A DNA stretch of 63,420 nt, counting the filler, from Octopus bimaculoides (Eukaryota), in the NCBI RefSeq assembly GCF_001194135.2. It is 6 parts of 6 records of this genome, joined end to end, with 100 filler letters (N's around TTAATTAATTAA, not from the genome) between each part and the next. Parts side by side here need not be neighbours in the genome. Positions count along the whole stretch, not along the records: positions 1 to 22,035 come from NC_068981.1; 5 more parts are not named here. One strand, written 5' to 3'. Below are positions 1 to 12,651 of this stretch, one piece after another; within the stretch, counting starts at the first letter, position 1, and each line of letters starts with the position of its first letter. A model generated the notes under the pieces. The model worked only from the letters and a program-made list of their open reading frames with translations. It did not search any database and was not told the origin of the DNA. Both the position numbers and the translations under genes were made by a program.

Positions 1-108
1 GTGACATGTGTAGGTGTGGGGTGTGGGTTGAGCGGGGTATCAATGAAGGGAGAAGGTGGGTTGACCTGTCTAACTTGCTTATCCCTACATTTATTTCTCT
101 ACCCGCTC

Positions 109-764
109 GCGAAATTTTTTCCCCACGAAGGTTCCGGACCCCAGTCATTTGCATATAGCCAATCAGAGCTCAACTATCAAACTAGTGTCCACCTATTCAC
201 AAAAATACTCTGGTTGAGGTCATTTATAGCAAAATCTAACTGTTCTAAACGGGTTAATGGGGTGACAGATGTGAAATTTAATGTATAAAGTGATTGGAAA
301 GCTGCTCACCAATGATGCCATAAGTGTTGCTAATCTGCGTAATTTACTAGAAAATGTAAATGAGTGTAGTTTTATGACTGATTTTGTACTTTCCTAATTT
401 AAAATGTTGGTGTTGATCTGGAAACATCGTAATCAATATGGCGTTGTGTCGTATTGCGCCCTTCTTGCATATATCAATGGGTACATGCAGTATCACTAAT
501 CTCAGTCTGAGCATAGGTACATAATGTTAGCTCCATATAGAGACGGTGCTCAATTGATCTATGAGGATGGTGGGCGGCGGGAAATGTGACGCTTATGTGA
601 GACCTGCTATGTTGTACTCACAAAGTGGCATACACCATTCTATGCCTGACTGGCTGTACTGTAGTAGTACACAGTATGTGGATTATTAAGGTGAGCTCTG
701 ATTGGCTGTATGCAAATAAGTTCATTTCTGGGGTCCGGAACTTTCGTGAGAAAAAAAATTTCGC
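109..764. mobile_element. Non-autonomous TIR element (MITE-like) with ~65-75 bp inverted ends
   Basis: 109-172 (GCGAAATTTTTT..CACGAAGGTTCCGGACCCCAG..ATTTGCATATAGCCAATCAGAGCTCA) is the reverse complement of 692-764 apart from a small indel. The right end abuts an N gap, so no TSD can be read. Confidence 0.7.
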
Positions 765-1297
765 TNNNNNNNNNNNNNNNNNNNNNNNNNNNNNNNNNNN
801 NNNNNNNNNNNNNNNNNNNNNNNNNNNNNNNNNNNNNNNNNNNNNNNNNNNNNNNNNNNNNNNNNNNNNNNNNNNNNNNNNNNNNNNNNNNNNNNNNNNN
901 NNNNNNNNNNNNNNNNNNNNNNNNNNNNNNNNNNNNNNNNNNNNNNNNNNNNNNNNNNNNNNNNNNNNNNNNNNNNNNNNNNNNNNNNNNNNNNNNNNNN
1001 NNNNNNNNNNNNNNNNNNNNNNNNNNNNNNNNNNNNNNNNNNNNNNNNNNNNNNNNNNNNNNNNNNNNNNNNNNNNNNNNNNNNNNNNNNNNNNNNNNNN
1101 NNNNNNNNNNNNNNNNNNNNNNNNNNNNNNNNNNNNNNNNNNNNNNNNNNNNNNNNNNNNNNNNNNNNNNNNNNNNNNNNNNNNNNNNNNNNNNNNNNNN
1201 NNNNNNNNNNNNNNNNNNNNNNNNNNNNNNNNNNNNNNNNNNNNNNNNNNNNNNNNNNNNNNNNNNNNNNNNNNNNNNNNNNNNNNNNNNNNNNNNN

Positions 1298-1347
<50 letters not shown>

Positions 1348-1789
1348 CGGGCTTCAATCCATTTACAAGGTATTAGCAGATCTGGGGTCATAGTAGAAAA
1401 GCCCACTCCTTTCACAAGTTGGTTTTAAAGACCAGATCCACTCTCGTGTGCATTATCTATATTGTATTGTAGTCATGGGGAGAAGTGTAGATTTAGCCAC
1501 TACAATGGAAGATGACACTTGCCTATGGTGCCGCACAGTGAGACTGAACTCAAAACCACGTAGTTGCAAATCCATCCCCTAACCACATAACCATACCTGC
1601 ACCAATATGTATTTGATATGTTGATATGTAGAACCAAAGTTCTCTAGAAGTATTTTCATTCATTCATATTGTTGATATTTCTATGCGAAATCCTAACATA
1701 TTCATGTGTGTGAGAGCGGGAGGGGGGAGAGGGGAAGAGAGGGAGAGATAGAAAAGGAAAAAAGAGAGAGCGAGAGAGCGAGAGAGAGA

Positions 1790-1871
<82 letters not shown>

Positions 1872-2180
1872 CACGTGTGTTGCACGTGTGTATATTTTGT
1901 GTGTTGTCTGTATATGATGTGTGGTGTGTGGTGCGTGTGTGTGTGTATGTGTGTGTTTTGTGTGTGTTTTGCGTGTGTGTGTGTGTGTGAGTTGTCGGTG
2001 TGCTGTGTGTGTGTTTTACGTGTGTGTGTTGTCGGTGTGCAGTATGTGTGCGTGTTGTGTGTGTACGTGTCTCTGTTCGTGTATGTGTGTATGCTGTGTG
2101 TGTGCGTGTATGTGCGTGTGTGTGTTGTGTGTGTATATGCATGTGTGTTTGATGGTGTGTGTCTGTGTGTGTGTGTACCT
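1298..2180. repeat. (GT)n/(GA)n microsatellites and degenerate GT-rich tract
   Basis: Pure (GT)n at ~1298-1346 and ~1791-1868, GA-rich 1705-1790, degenerate GT repeat to ~2180. Confidence 0.95.
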
Positions 2181-2569
2181 ACATAACCACTGTTCAGCCC
2201 TCATGCACATATACAATTACATAGAGCCAGATGCATTATTTCATTGCTTTACTCATACACATTGTACATGCATGCATGTATGTATGCATATAAGCATATA
2301 CGTATCTATGTATGCGTATATGCATTTTTGTGTGTGGGTGTTTGCGTGTGTATGTGTATGTATGCATGTGTGTATGTGCTTGTGGTCTTCTGTAACCATC
2401 TGAGACCATAATAAAATACAAATGATGCATATATCAAAAATAAAACCCTTAAAAACCAAACATCCACTTACGTGTAGGGAAAAAATAAAATAGTTGTATG
2501 TTTGCCATAAATTTGACAGGAAGATGGAAAGCTTTTAATCACTCGAAAAAATCGGCTACTACTTTCACT

Positions 2570-2718
2570 AAGCACCACTACCAGAACAAATGCTACCACC
2601 ACCACCACCACTACCGCCACTACTACTACTACTACTACTATTAACACTACTACCACCACCACCACCACCACCACCACCATCACCACTAACACTGCTGCTA
2701 CTGTTGCTGCTGCTGCTG

Positions 2719-2765
<47 letters not shown>

Positions 2766-3300
2766 GCTACTACTACTACCACCACCACCATCACTACTAC
2801 TACCACCACCACCACTACGACGACTACCACCACTACCAATAACACCAACACTGCTACTACTGCTGTCACTACTACNNNNNNNNNNNNNNNNNNNNNNNNN
2901 NNNNNNNNNNNNNNNNNNNNNNNNNNNNNNNNNNNNNNNNNNNNNNNNNNNNNNNNNNNNNNNNNNNNNNNNNNNNNNNNNNNNNNNNNNNNNNNNNNNN
3001 NNNNNNNNNNNNNNNNNNNNNNNNNNNNNNNNNNNNNNNNNNNNNNNNNNNNNNNNNNNNNNNNNNNNNNNNNNNNNNNNNNNNNNNNNNNNNNNNNNNN
3101 NNNCTACTACTACTACTACTACTAAACTACAAACTGCCAGTGAATAATATTTTGACCAGATTTGGTTTACGGCCCGATACTTTCGCCTGCACCCTATTAA
3201 ATTACAATCCCTCCACCCGACTTGCTCCAAAACAAGACCATGTCTTCTAAATCAATTCCTTATATAAAGATACAACAGCAACAACAACAACAACAACAAC

Positions 3301-3361
<61 letters not shown>
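2570..3361. repeat. Compound trinucleotide microsatellite (CAC/TAC/CAA/TAA)n spanning a gap
   Basis: Directly visible triplet runs; they explain the poly-V/L/S/T ORFs in the track. Confidence 0.95.
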
Positions 3362-3364
<3 letters not shown>

Positions 3365-4480
3365 TCTTTTATTAGCCACAGGGGCAATAACAATAAAAAT
3401 AATAATAATAATGAATCGTATGGAAAGGGAAACACAGTGGGGTACGCGGTATGTAGTAGTGGTGGTGATGGTTGTGGCGGCGTTCGTGATGGCCAGAAAC
3501 ATAACGCAGTATATAAAACAAACGTACAATATACCACGATATAATAATAAAAATAATATTTGTCCAACTGCAGCACCCCGCTGATCCTAGAGAAGACTAG
3601 AATTTTGTATTTATTTTGTTTTGTATGTTTGTTGGTGTATATTTTGTGCTTTAACATTATGCCCGACAATATGTCCGAGCAGAAGGTAATACAACCGTGT
3701 CGAATTTCTTGTACATCTGCTGTTCACTTCGTGGTTTTTATATGACGGCCTGCAATGGCTGGCATATAAATATGGTGGTGGTGTTGGTGGTGATGGAAAG
3801 CTGTTAGAAGATGGCGGTGGTCGTAAAACGAAGAGAGGAGAAGCGGAAGGAAAGACTATATTGTCAGTAAGAGGAGTGAATAAAGGGAGAAAAAGGAGGA
3901 TATGATCGCAGAGTAGATAGAAAGACTGGAGCGAAGGTTTGTGTTTAGGAGTATAAAAATAAGGAAAGATGGATGGGTGAATAAAGAAATGAAAGAGAGG
4001 AGGAAGAGATTATATTTGTTACAGAAAATGCGAAGAAATGCAGTGGTGGAAAATGATGGTAGCAGTTAAAGTAAGAAAGGAAAGACATAACGCAGCAGAA
4101 AAAAGGTGAAGGGTGAAGAAAAAAACCAGAGATGAAAGAAGGAGTGGGAAAACATTTATAGATGAAAAGGAAAAGGAGGAAGATTATTATGGGGGAAACG
4201 AGAGTGAAAAGGAAGGGAGGCAATCGTGGAAGAAGGTGAATTTATGATTGCAGAAGGAAAGAGGAAATAGAGTTTGTGAAAGATTTTAAAAGAGGGAGAA
4301 TGAGCTGGTAACCACGCAAAGGGTAAGAAGAATAGAAAGCTATAAAGTTATTGCTCATAACATTAAAAGGAGGCGTGGCTATACGGTGGCTAAAGCATTT
4401 TGATTGGTCAACAGAAAATACATACAAGAAAAAAAACCCTGAAACGTTGGCAATCGTAGATAAATGTGGTGGTGGTCATT

Positions 4481-4930
4481 TTTGTTGTTTTTAACGCTAA
4501 GTCAACTCTGATGGGGTATACCTATGACCAATGACATTCCTTCCGTGACTACCATGTCATAGTTTCAAAACCATGTAGCTAGAAGACATCTAGCAACGTT
4601 GTTTTACGTTCTGAGTTCAAATTCCGCCGAGGGCGGCTTTGCTTTTCATCCTTTCGTGATCGATAAATCAAGTACCAGTTGTATACTGGGGTCGATCTAA
4701 TCGACTGCCCCCCCCCCTCCTCAAAAAAATTCGGGCCTTGGGCCTAGAGTAGAAAAGATTATCTAGCAATGTTGTTGTTGTTGTTGTTTATCACCAGGTC
4801 AGAATGTACTGAGCAGACGGATGATCAAAGGCATTCTAGCCATGAGGTGTTATTTTTGTTTAGCCCCAGGTCAGTCTTGATTGAGCAAGCTTATGGTCAA
4901 AGATATATTCCAACCATAACAACCTCACCT
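4481..4930. mobile_element. SINE-A partial (+, ~4598-4768) flanked by three minus-strand copies of a short ~75-bp repeat (family D)
   Basis: GAGTTCAAATTCCGCCGAG..CTTTTCATCCTTTCG..GATAAATCAAGTACCAG matches the other SINE-A copies. TTGTTTAGCCCCAGGTCAG..GGTCAAAGATATTCC is the reverse complement of the repeat seen at 21795-21900 and 46470-47435. Confidence 0.75.
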
Positions 4931-5026
4931 TGCTTTCAGACCGTGTATATAAAAAAAAAATACAATCCAGCAGCGGCGGCATTATTGTTGTTGTTGTTGT
5001 TGCTAAAGCTGGTTCATTGAAGGATC

Positions 5027-5072
<46 letters not shown>

Positions 5073-5106
5073 NNNNNNNNNNNNNNNNNNNNNNNNNNNN
5101 TATATA

Positions 5107-5187
<81 letters not shown>

Positions 5188-5188
<1 letters not shown>

Positions 5189-6572
5189 CACACTGATTAA
5201 ATTAAATGGTGCTGATTTTTAACATTACATGCTCTGGTTTAAGTAACAGGCGTTGCCCCTGCCTCAACTCGACTTAGTCTACAGCAGTTGTTCTCTACGA
5301 AGTGCACATAAATACAAACCCTCGGAACTTAGAACAATACTAGACGAGAACTCGGAACTTCACATTCTTTTTATTATCTCCTGCCACACTAAATTCTAAA
5401 AAACCCTTTTCTCACTGGAACTTTAGCAAGTTGAAGGGCTTCTAGCATCCATGAGTGGAGAACTGAGTCAAAGGCTTTCTTGTAATCTAGCCACATTGAA
5501 ACTAGGTTCCTCCTTTGTTCTCGCACCTCTGACATCACAGTTTTGTTGATTAATAATTGCTCGGCACATCCCCAGACTCCCTTCTTCCCAGCTGCTTGTT
5601 CTGTTGTGATAATGTTATTGGTTTCACAATGGTCTTAGGAAGAGGTTTAAACTTGTTGTATATATCTTATACATTAAGTTCTGGCATGCAATTGGCCGGT
5701 AGTTTTTTGCCATGTGGATGGTTCTGCATTTGGGGATCAATTTTGTCTCTGCCAGAGCTAACTTGTGTGGTATGCTACTGTTCCCAATGAAAGCTTGCTG
5801 GTACAGATTGATAAGATATGGTCGGTAGAATGTTAGCTTCTTGTACCATCCTGGAGTTTCTGGATCACAGTTGTAAGAGTCTTATGTTAATGTTGTATGT
5901 CTTGGATGTAACACAGGAGCAATAACTTCTTCGGATTTCTTCCAGTCACAGAGCATCTTGGTTAAATTCATTCTCTTCCCTCCTCGTGAAGGAGCTTCCG
6001 TGATATTTATTGCTCCTCCTCTCATGCCTCTGTATACTGCTGCCTGGTTACGGTTAAATTTTTTGTTTATTGTTCTTCCCTCGGTTATTCTCTTCTGATG
6101 TCGGAGTTTTTCATTGACAGCTTTTAGCTCTTGCTTTAGGGTAATCAGTTTTCAAGTGAGTGTCCCCTTTTTGCTGTCTCCAAACATCATTTCTATCTCC
6201 TTTACTTTCTGTTGGTGGGACGTATAGTGATTTGCTTGTTTGCATGCAATAAGCATCATTATATGATGGTCTTCCGTAAACCAGTTATCTTTTTCTCTGT
6301 CTTCAAAACACATGATGGTACTTTCTTTGTTATTTCGGTTTTGTTTACTTTTTAAATATCATTCATGTACTGTTTTACAGTAGTAGTCAGCGCATATAGA
6401 CAGGCGTTAAGCTGCCAGTATGTGGATTCCTCACACTGTTGTAAATAATCATCACCAATTTCGTTAACAGCTTTTAATACCGTATCTAATGGTTTTTTAC
6501 TTACTTTGGTAGAGAATACTCTCTCCTCGAGAAAGTCCTTCAAAACCAAAGTTTTTTTCTCGGAAAATTTCA
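5188..6572 (-). mobile_element. Decayed, internally deleted R4/Dong-clade non-LTR retrotransposon (N-terminal region plus first half of RT)
   Basis: Minus-strand translation gives NYRPIACQNLMYKIYTT (~5655-5708), GCAEQLLINK and SMWLDYKKAFDSV (~5465-5500), typical of REL-clade RT subdomains 1-3, plus WQLNACLYA upstream. It has stops and frameshifts, a 3' end running into (TAA)n, and a 5' junction at (ATAC)n. Confidence 0.8.
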
Positions 6573-6700
6573 ATGTATGTATGTATGTATGCATGCATGT
6601 ATGTATATATGTATGTATGTATGCATGCATGTATGTATATATGTATGTATGTATGTACGTATGTATGTATGGATGTATGTATGTATGCATGTATGTATGT

Positions 6701-7498
6701 TCACTCTGTCTCTTTTAGTTTATTTTGAACCGGCAACCCTCCTGGTGGCAAGGTTGTAAAGAGGAAATTGTCATCATCTCTTGTGTAAGTGTTCATCCTT
6801 TGTATCGTAGGAACATTTTACAAATGTCGAAGGTTCCAGAAATTGCAGTCATTTGCAGCATAAGAATTAAGTCCCCACATGTCCAAATTCAGTCATACCT
6901 TGTTCCAGGCCGATTTGGTATATAACCTGAAGCATGTATGTTCCCTTTCTCTTTTTAATTTTAGAGTAAATTTTGACCGGCTCCCTATTTGGTAGCAAAG
7001 TTGTGAAGGAAAGTATCTGGTTTTAACCACCAACCTTTAAATCTTAAGAAGACTTGGAGATTTTTATAGTCCCAGATATCGTAAACACTTTTAGCATATG
7101 AATTAAAGATTTGCATTATCTCCCGAAGATACCAAATTCTGCTATACTTTGCACCAGATAGGTTGATATGCATCCTGTTGCTCTAATAATAATAGGTATG
7201 AAACTGAAAATGTGTACGTACGTACGCATGTATGTATGTATGTATGTATGTATGTATGTATTATGCATGTAAGTTTTTCTCTATCGCTTTTTAATTTTAG
7301 AGAAAATTTTGACTGGCCACCTATTTGGTCGCAAGGCTGTGAAGGAAAGCATCTTGTTTTAACCATCATTCTTTAAATCTTAAGGTCTTGCAAATTTTTG
7401 TAGTCCCAGATATCGTGATCATTTTTAGCATATGAATTAAAGATTTGCATTCTTCCCCCGAGATACCAAGTTCAGCCATGTTTAACTCCAAACAGGTT
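6701..7498 (-). mobile_element. Three tandem 5'-truncated 3' ends of a REL-type non-LTR family, each ending in (ATAC)n
   Basis: Units ~6701-6930, ~6941-7200 and ~7271-7498 are mutually alignable. They encode LILMLQMTAISGTFDICKMFLRYKG*, SLIHMLKVFTISGTIKISK and SLIHMLKMITISGTTKICKTLRFKE*, followed by a ~90-bp UTR and an ATAC microsatellite. Confidence 0.65.
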
Positions 7499-7631
7499 GC
7501 ATGCGTGTATGTATGTATGTATGTATGTATACAGATGTAATTGTATGTAAATATTGGATTAAAAATTCTTTCAGGTAAGAAAAGTCGAATGCTGCTCGTA
7601 GGAATCGAATTTACATCTTCAGACGCAAACA

Positions 7632-7673
<42 letters not shown>

Positions 7674-8408
7674 CTTGTACTCTGCAAGGCTGACTGGCTT
7701 CCGACGGGATATAAAAACAATATGCAGCAACAATATCATAAAAAGCAAGTACATCAACCGCAACATGAAAAATAATATCAAAACATTATTTGTTTGCTTG
7801 TTTACTTTAAATCCTTTGCGTATCATCCATGAAAAAGATGAACAACAACAACAAAGAAAGAAGAAGAAACACAACAAAAGCAAATAGAAATTAAGGAAGA
7901 AAAATTAGTATTTTGTGTCACTAATTTATGCACGTCTCCTTAACCTGAGCCTTGTCATCAATCTCTAGAACATGACCCCGGACAAATGCAGACGACGAAA
8001 GAAAACCAAAGAAGAAAAAATAGGGAAAAAATACAATAGGGGTTCGTCGTTGTTTCTTAGGTATCGAATCCCATCCATTCACCCTTGGATGCTAGACAAA
8101 CTGGCGCTCTAATTAATAAGAAATTGTAGCTAAATTCGGAGTGGTGGTGGTAGTGGTGGTGGCAGTGGTGGTGGTTGTGAAGAAACCTCCCTATGGTATA
8201 ATTAAAACTCTGTTAGAGACACGATGATAGGTAGAGGATAGAAAGACAAAGAGAGTGAGAGAAAGAGAGAGAGAGAAGGAAAGAGAGAGAGAAGGGATAC
8301 AGAGGAGGGGGAGAATGAGATCAGATGATTGATGAATGATATGAGTATGTTGTATGTTTGTAGGTATGTACGAATGTATGCATATATATATATGTATATA
8401 CACATACA

Positions 8409-8454
<46 letters not shown>

Positions 8455-8476
8455 TATATATGCGAGTGCGTGTGTG

Positions 8477-8522
<46 letters not shown>

Positions 8523-8874
8523 NNNNNNNNNNNNNNNNNNNNNNNNNNNNNNNNNNNNNNNNNNNNNNNNNNNNNNNNNNNNNNNNNNNNNNNNNNNNNN
8601 NNNNNNNNNNNNNNNNNNNNNNNNNNNNNNNNNNNNNNNNNNNNNNNNNNNNNNNNNNNNNNNNNNNNNNNNNNNNNNNNNNNNNNNNNNNNNNNNNNNN
8701 NNNNNNNNNNNNNNNNNNNNNNNNNNNNNNNNNNNNNNNNNNNNNNNNNNNNNNNNNNNNNNNNNNNNNNNNNNNNNNNNNNNNNNNNNNNNNNNNNNNN
8801 NNNNNNNNNNNNNNNNNNNNNNNNNNNNNNNNNNNNNNNNNNNNNNNNNNNNNNNNNNNNNNNNNNNNNNNNNN

Positions 8875-9213
8875 CAAATCGACCCCAGGACTTATTCTTT
8901 GGAAGCCTAGTACTTATTCTTTCGGTCTCTTTTGCCGAACCGCTAAGTTACGGGGACATAAACACACCAGCATCGGTTGTCAAGCGATGTTGAGGGGACA
9001 AACACAGACATACAAACACATACACACATACATATATATATATATATACATATATACGACAGGCTTCTTTCAGTTTCCGTCTACCAAATCCACTCACAAG
9101 GCATTGGTCGGCCCGAGGCTATAGTAGAAGACACTTGCCCAAGATGCCACGCAGTGGGACTGAACCCGGGACCATGTGGTTGGTAAGCAAGCTACTTACC
9201 ACACAGCCACTCC
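8875..9213 (-). mobile_element. SINE-B (tRNA-derived head, CORE-like segment, internal microsatellite, second module)
   Basis: Reverse complement of the GTGGCTGTGTGGTAAGTAGCTTGCTTACCAACCACATGGTCCCGGGTTCAGTCCC head; CACCTTGGGCAAGTG-type motif resembles the CORE domain; 3' end lost in a gap. Confidence 0.9.
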
Positions 9214-9432
9214 TATACTGTTTATATATATATACATACATATAAGTATATATTTATATTTATACATATATATGTATATTTATATATATATATATATGCA
9301 TGTATATGTATATATTTACATATGTATATATTTACATATATATGTGTATGTATATATATATATATACACATATATATATACATACTTATGCATATATATA
9401 TACGTGTGTGTGTATGTATATATATGCATATA

Positions 9433-9482
<50 letters not shown>

Positions 9483-9678
9483 TACACGCTGTGTATTGTG
9501 TAACAGAAAATCATGGATAGGTTAGATAGGTTGGTAAGAAGTACATACATACATATACATATATATACATATATATACATACATATACATACATGTATAT
9601 ATATATATATATATTAATATATTCCTCTATACACAATCATACAAAAAACCCACCTTTTTTGTATTTATTTTTACTCGC

Positions 9679-9711
<33 letters not shown>

Positions 9712-9960
9712 TGTATAAGAGAGGATGATGTGGGAAGCATGGTGGTGTAGTGTATGAGTTGGGAGGAGGAGGAGGTGGGTGTAGAAAGATTGAATATATT
9801 TTGGGGGCAACGTAGTGGGGTGGGGAGAGGTGACAGTATCAAAGAAAGGTGCTGTGCTAGGTTGTTGCGGTGTTTTGTGTTATAGAGGTCGCGTTGATCC
9901 ATATTTGAAGAATATCGAAGGTTAGGAAAAATTAGAAGCGGGAGAAGGGGGAGGAGGATG

Positions 9961-10051
9961 AGAAGAAGAAGAAGAAGAAGAAGAAGAAGAAGAAGAAGAA
10001 GAAGAAGAAGAAGAAGAAGAAGAAGAAGAAGAAGAAGAAGAAGAAGAAGAA
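9961..10051. repeat. (AGA)n microsatellite
   Basis: About 30 perfect units; source of the poly-R ORF. Confidence 0.98.
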
Positions 10052-10176
10052 ATTTACAGATATTTACTCACCACCATGTTACAGCCACTGACCACAGTTT
10101 AATTTCTTTAACCGTCTCTGTTTCTCTGAATCATACTCAACTATCTCTAAAATAATATCTGAGACAATCATTGGAT

Positions 10177-10921
10177 GGCAGAATTCTGGTTTAAGCATCC
10201 CATATAACCCTTCACAACTTTAGTTTGGGAATTTTCACGGCAAGTAATACCATTACGAAAGAAATTTTGTGTGTGATTTAAGAGCGATTTAGCTGTTATT
10301 TTTAGCACATTTCATGACCACCTGATACCTTCTTCGTGTCTTTTTCACTCAGACATGTATTGATGTTTTTCAATATTTTTCACCTCATAAACATATTTGA
10401 TGGAGTGATGATGCACCCAAGGGTGGGACATTGCTGGGATTTAAGCAAAAAATTTCGGACAGTATCATTTTTAAACACTGGTTTTAAAACAAATAATTGA
10501 AAAAGTGAGAAACTTTTAGGAGCTGGAGGATGGAGGGGATAAAATTTTTTTGTAAGGATTTCTTTTTCATAACTGTATGAGTATGTAGAACGCAAATTCG
10601 TAAAAATTTTCTAAAAATTCCCAAAAATGAAAAAGTTATGAGGGCGCAGGAGCGGCTGTATGGTAAGTAGCTTGCTTACCAACCACATGGTTCCGGGTTC
10701 ATTCCCACTGCGTGGTACCTTGGGCAAGTGTCTTCTACTATACCTCGGGCTAACCAAAGCCTTGTGAATGGATTTGGTAGACGGAAACTGAAAGAAGCCC
10801 GTCGAATATATGTATATATATATACATATATATANNNNNNNNNNNNNNNNNNNNNNNNNNNNNNNNNNNNNNNNNNNNNNNNNNNNNNNNNNNNNNNNNN
10901 NNNNNNNNNNNNNNNNNNNNN

Positions 10922-10952
<31 letters not shown>

Positions 10953-11227
10953 CTGTGTATATGTCTGTGTGTCTGTGTTTGTCCCCAACATCGCTTGACA
11001 ACCGATGGTGGTGTGTTTACGTCCCCGTAACTTAGAGGTTCGGCAAAAGAGACCGATATAATAAGTACTAGGCATCCAAAAAATAAGTCCTGGGGTCGAT
11101 TTGCTCGACTAAAGGCGGTGCTCCAACATGGCCGCAGTCAAATGACTGAAACAAGTAAAAGAGTAGGGGTTATATGGGGTTCTTAATTATGAAAGGGTAT
11201 ATGGGGTGTTTAAACCAGAATTCTGCC
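10177..11227. mobile_element. Non-autonomous DNA transposon with ~33-bp TIRs and an 8-bp TSD
   Basis: Left end GGCAGAATTCTGGTTTAAGCATCCCATATAACCC; right end GGGTATATGGGGTGTTTAAACCAGAATTCTGCC; CATTGGAT at 10169-10176 and 11228-11235. Confidence 0.85.
10641..11165 (+). mobile_element. Full-length SINE-B nested in the TIR element
   Basis: Complete head, internal (TA)n with a gap, and tail ending GACTGAAACAAGTAAAAGAG. Confidence 0.9.
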
Positions 11228-11436
11228 CATTGGATTATGTATGTAGTATTAGATATCTGATCCATCCATACATCCATCTTCTATGGCCGTTATTTCTGGA
11301 AGGGTCGTGGGGATTCTCATGCACATCCTCCATAGGGTCGTATCTGCAGTAACCGTCATTAGTATTTCCGGTTGGTTTTCCAATCGCGACCAACGGAGAC
11401 TATGGATATTATCCAACGAACTCGATTTCGTTATGG

Positions 11437-12112
11437 TACTCCATCGGCTACGACGACGAGCGTTCCAGTTGATCCGATCAAGGGAACAACCAGCTCGTGA
11501 AATTAACGTGCAAGTGGCTAAGCACTCCATAGACACGCGCGTCCTTAACGTAATTCTCAGGGAGATTCAGCGTGACACAGAATGTGACAAGGATGACCCT
11601 TTAAAATACAGGTGCTACTCATTTTTGCCAGCTGAGTGGACTAGAGCAGCGTGAAATAAAGTGCCTTGCTCCAGGAGACAACGCGTTACCGGGAATTGAA
11701 CGCGACCTTACAATCGTGAGCCGAATACCCTATTGCTCATAGGTCCTTCCCTACAGAACTGATCTACAGCTAAACAACAACAATAAAAACTGGCTTCCCG
11801 TCGGTTACAACGAATAGGGTTCCAGTTGATCCAATCACCAGAACAGCCTGCTTGGGAAATTAACATGCAAGTGGCTGAGCACTCCACAGAACAGGCGTGC
11901 CCCTAACGTAGTTCTAAGGGAGATTCGGCGTGACACAGGATGTCACAAGGCATGCACTTTGAAATACAAGTACTACTAATTTTTGCCAGATGAGTGAACT
12001 GGAGCAGCGTGAAATAAAGTATCTTGTTCAAGGACGCAACGCGCTGCCGGACATCGAACTCACGACCTCACAATCGTGAGCAACTGAATAACCAAACCAT
12101 TAAGCTACGCGC
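11437..12112 (-). mobile_element. Two tandem SINE-C copies (C2 head variant)
   Basis: ~11437-11735 and ~11795-12112 both carry the reverse complement of the TGCACGTTAATTTCACGAGC..GATCAACTGGAAC tail and the CCACTCAGCTGGCAAAAATGAGTA-type body. Confidence 0.85.
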
Positions 12113-12250
12113 CTTCACAAACAACAACAATAACACAATCGTCAAAAGCCCAATTTTTAAGAGCCTCATGAACGTGTCAGTTTGTACTGTTAGCTCTAAG
12201 AGTCACGTACGCGATGATGGGAGGTTAACTTATCTGGGATAAACCATATG

Positions 12251-12469
12251 CGAGGGGGTGCTGAAAAGTTCCTGGCTTTGGGTAAAAGAAAATACAGGAG
12301 GATCAGTTAATTTTATGATTTTATTCAGCATATTCCGCTCTCAGGTTCACACACTTATTGCAACTGTCCTTCAGTTTTTCTAAGCCCGCTACAGAACTCA
12401 GAAGGTTGGGCCCCCCAGCCAGGCCTTTCGCGACACCCTTAAAGCCAAGAACTTTTCAGCACCCCATCG
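12251..12469. mobile_element. Mariner-type MITE, 219 bp
   Basis: TIRs CGAGGGGGTGCTGAAAAGTTCCTGGCTTT / AAAGCCAAGAACTTTTCAGCACCCCATCG; TA on the right (12470-71), TG on the left. Confidence 0.85.
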
Positions 12470-12651
12470 TATTGCGCTAGTGTTTTGCATTAACATACAC
12501 ACCACAATAGCTGATCCAAGGTATTACCATTCTGGATATTTAAAAAATTGACAAGATTGTCACGGGTGGTATGTTTTTCCTGGATTATGGTTTACTTGGA
12601 GTTATACTCACATTGATACATCTCTCGACACTGCTAATACTACTGTCAAGG

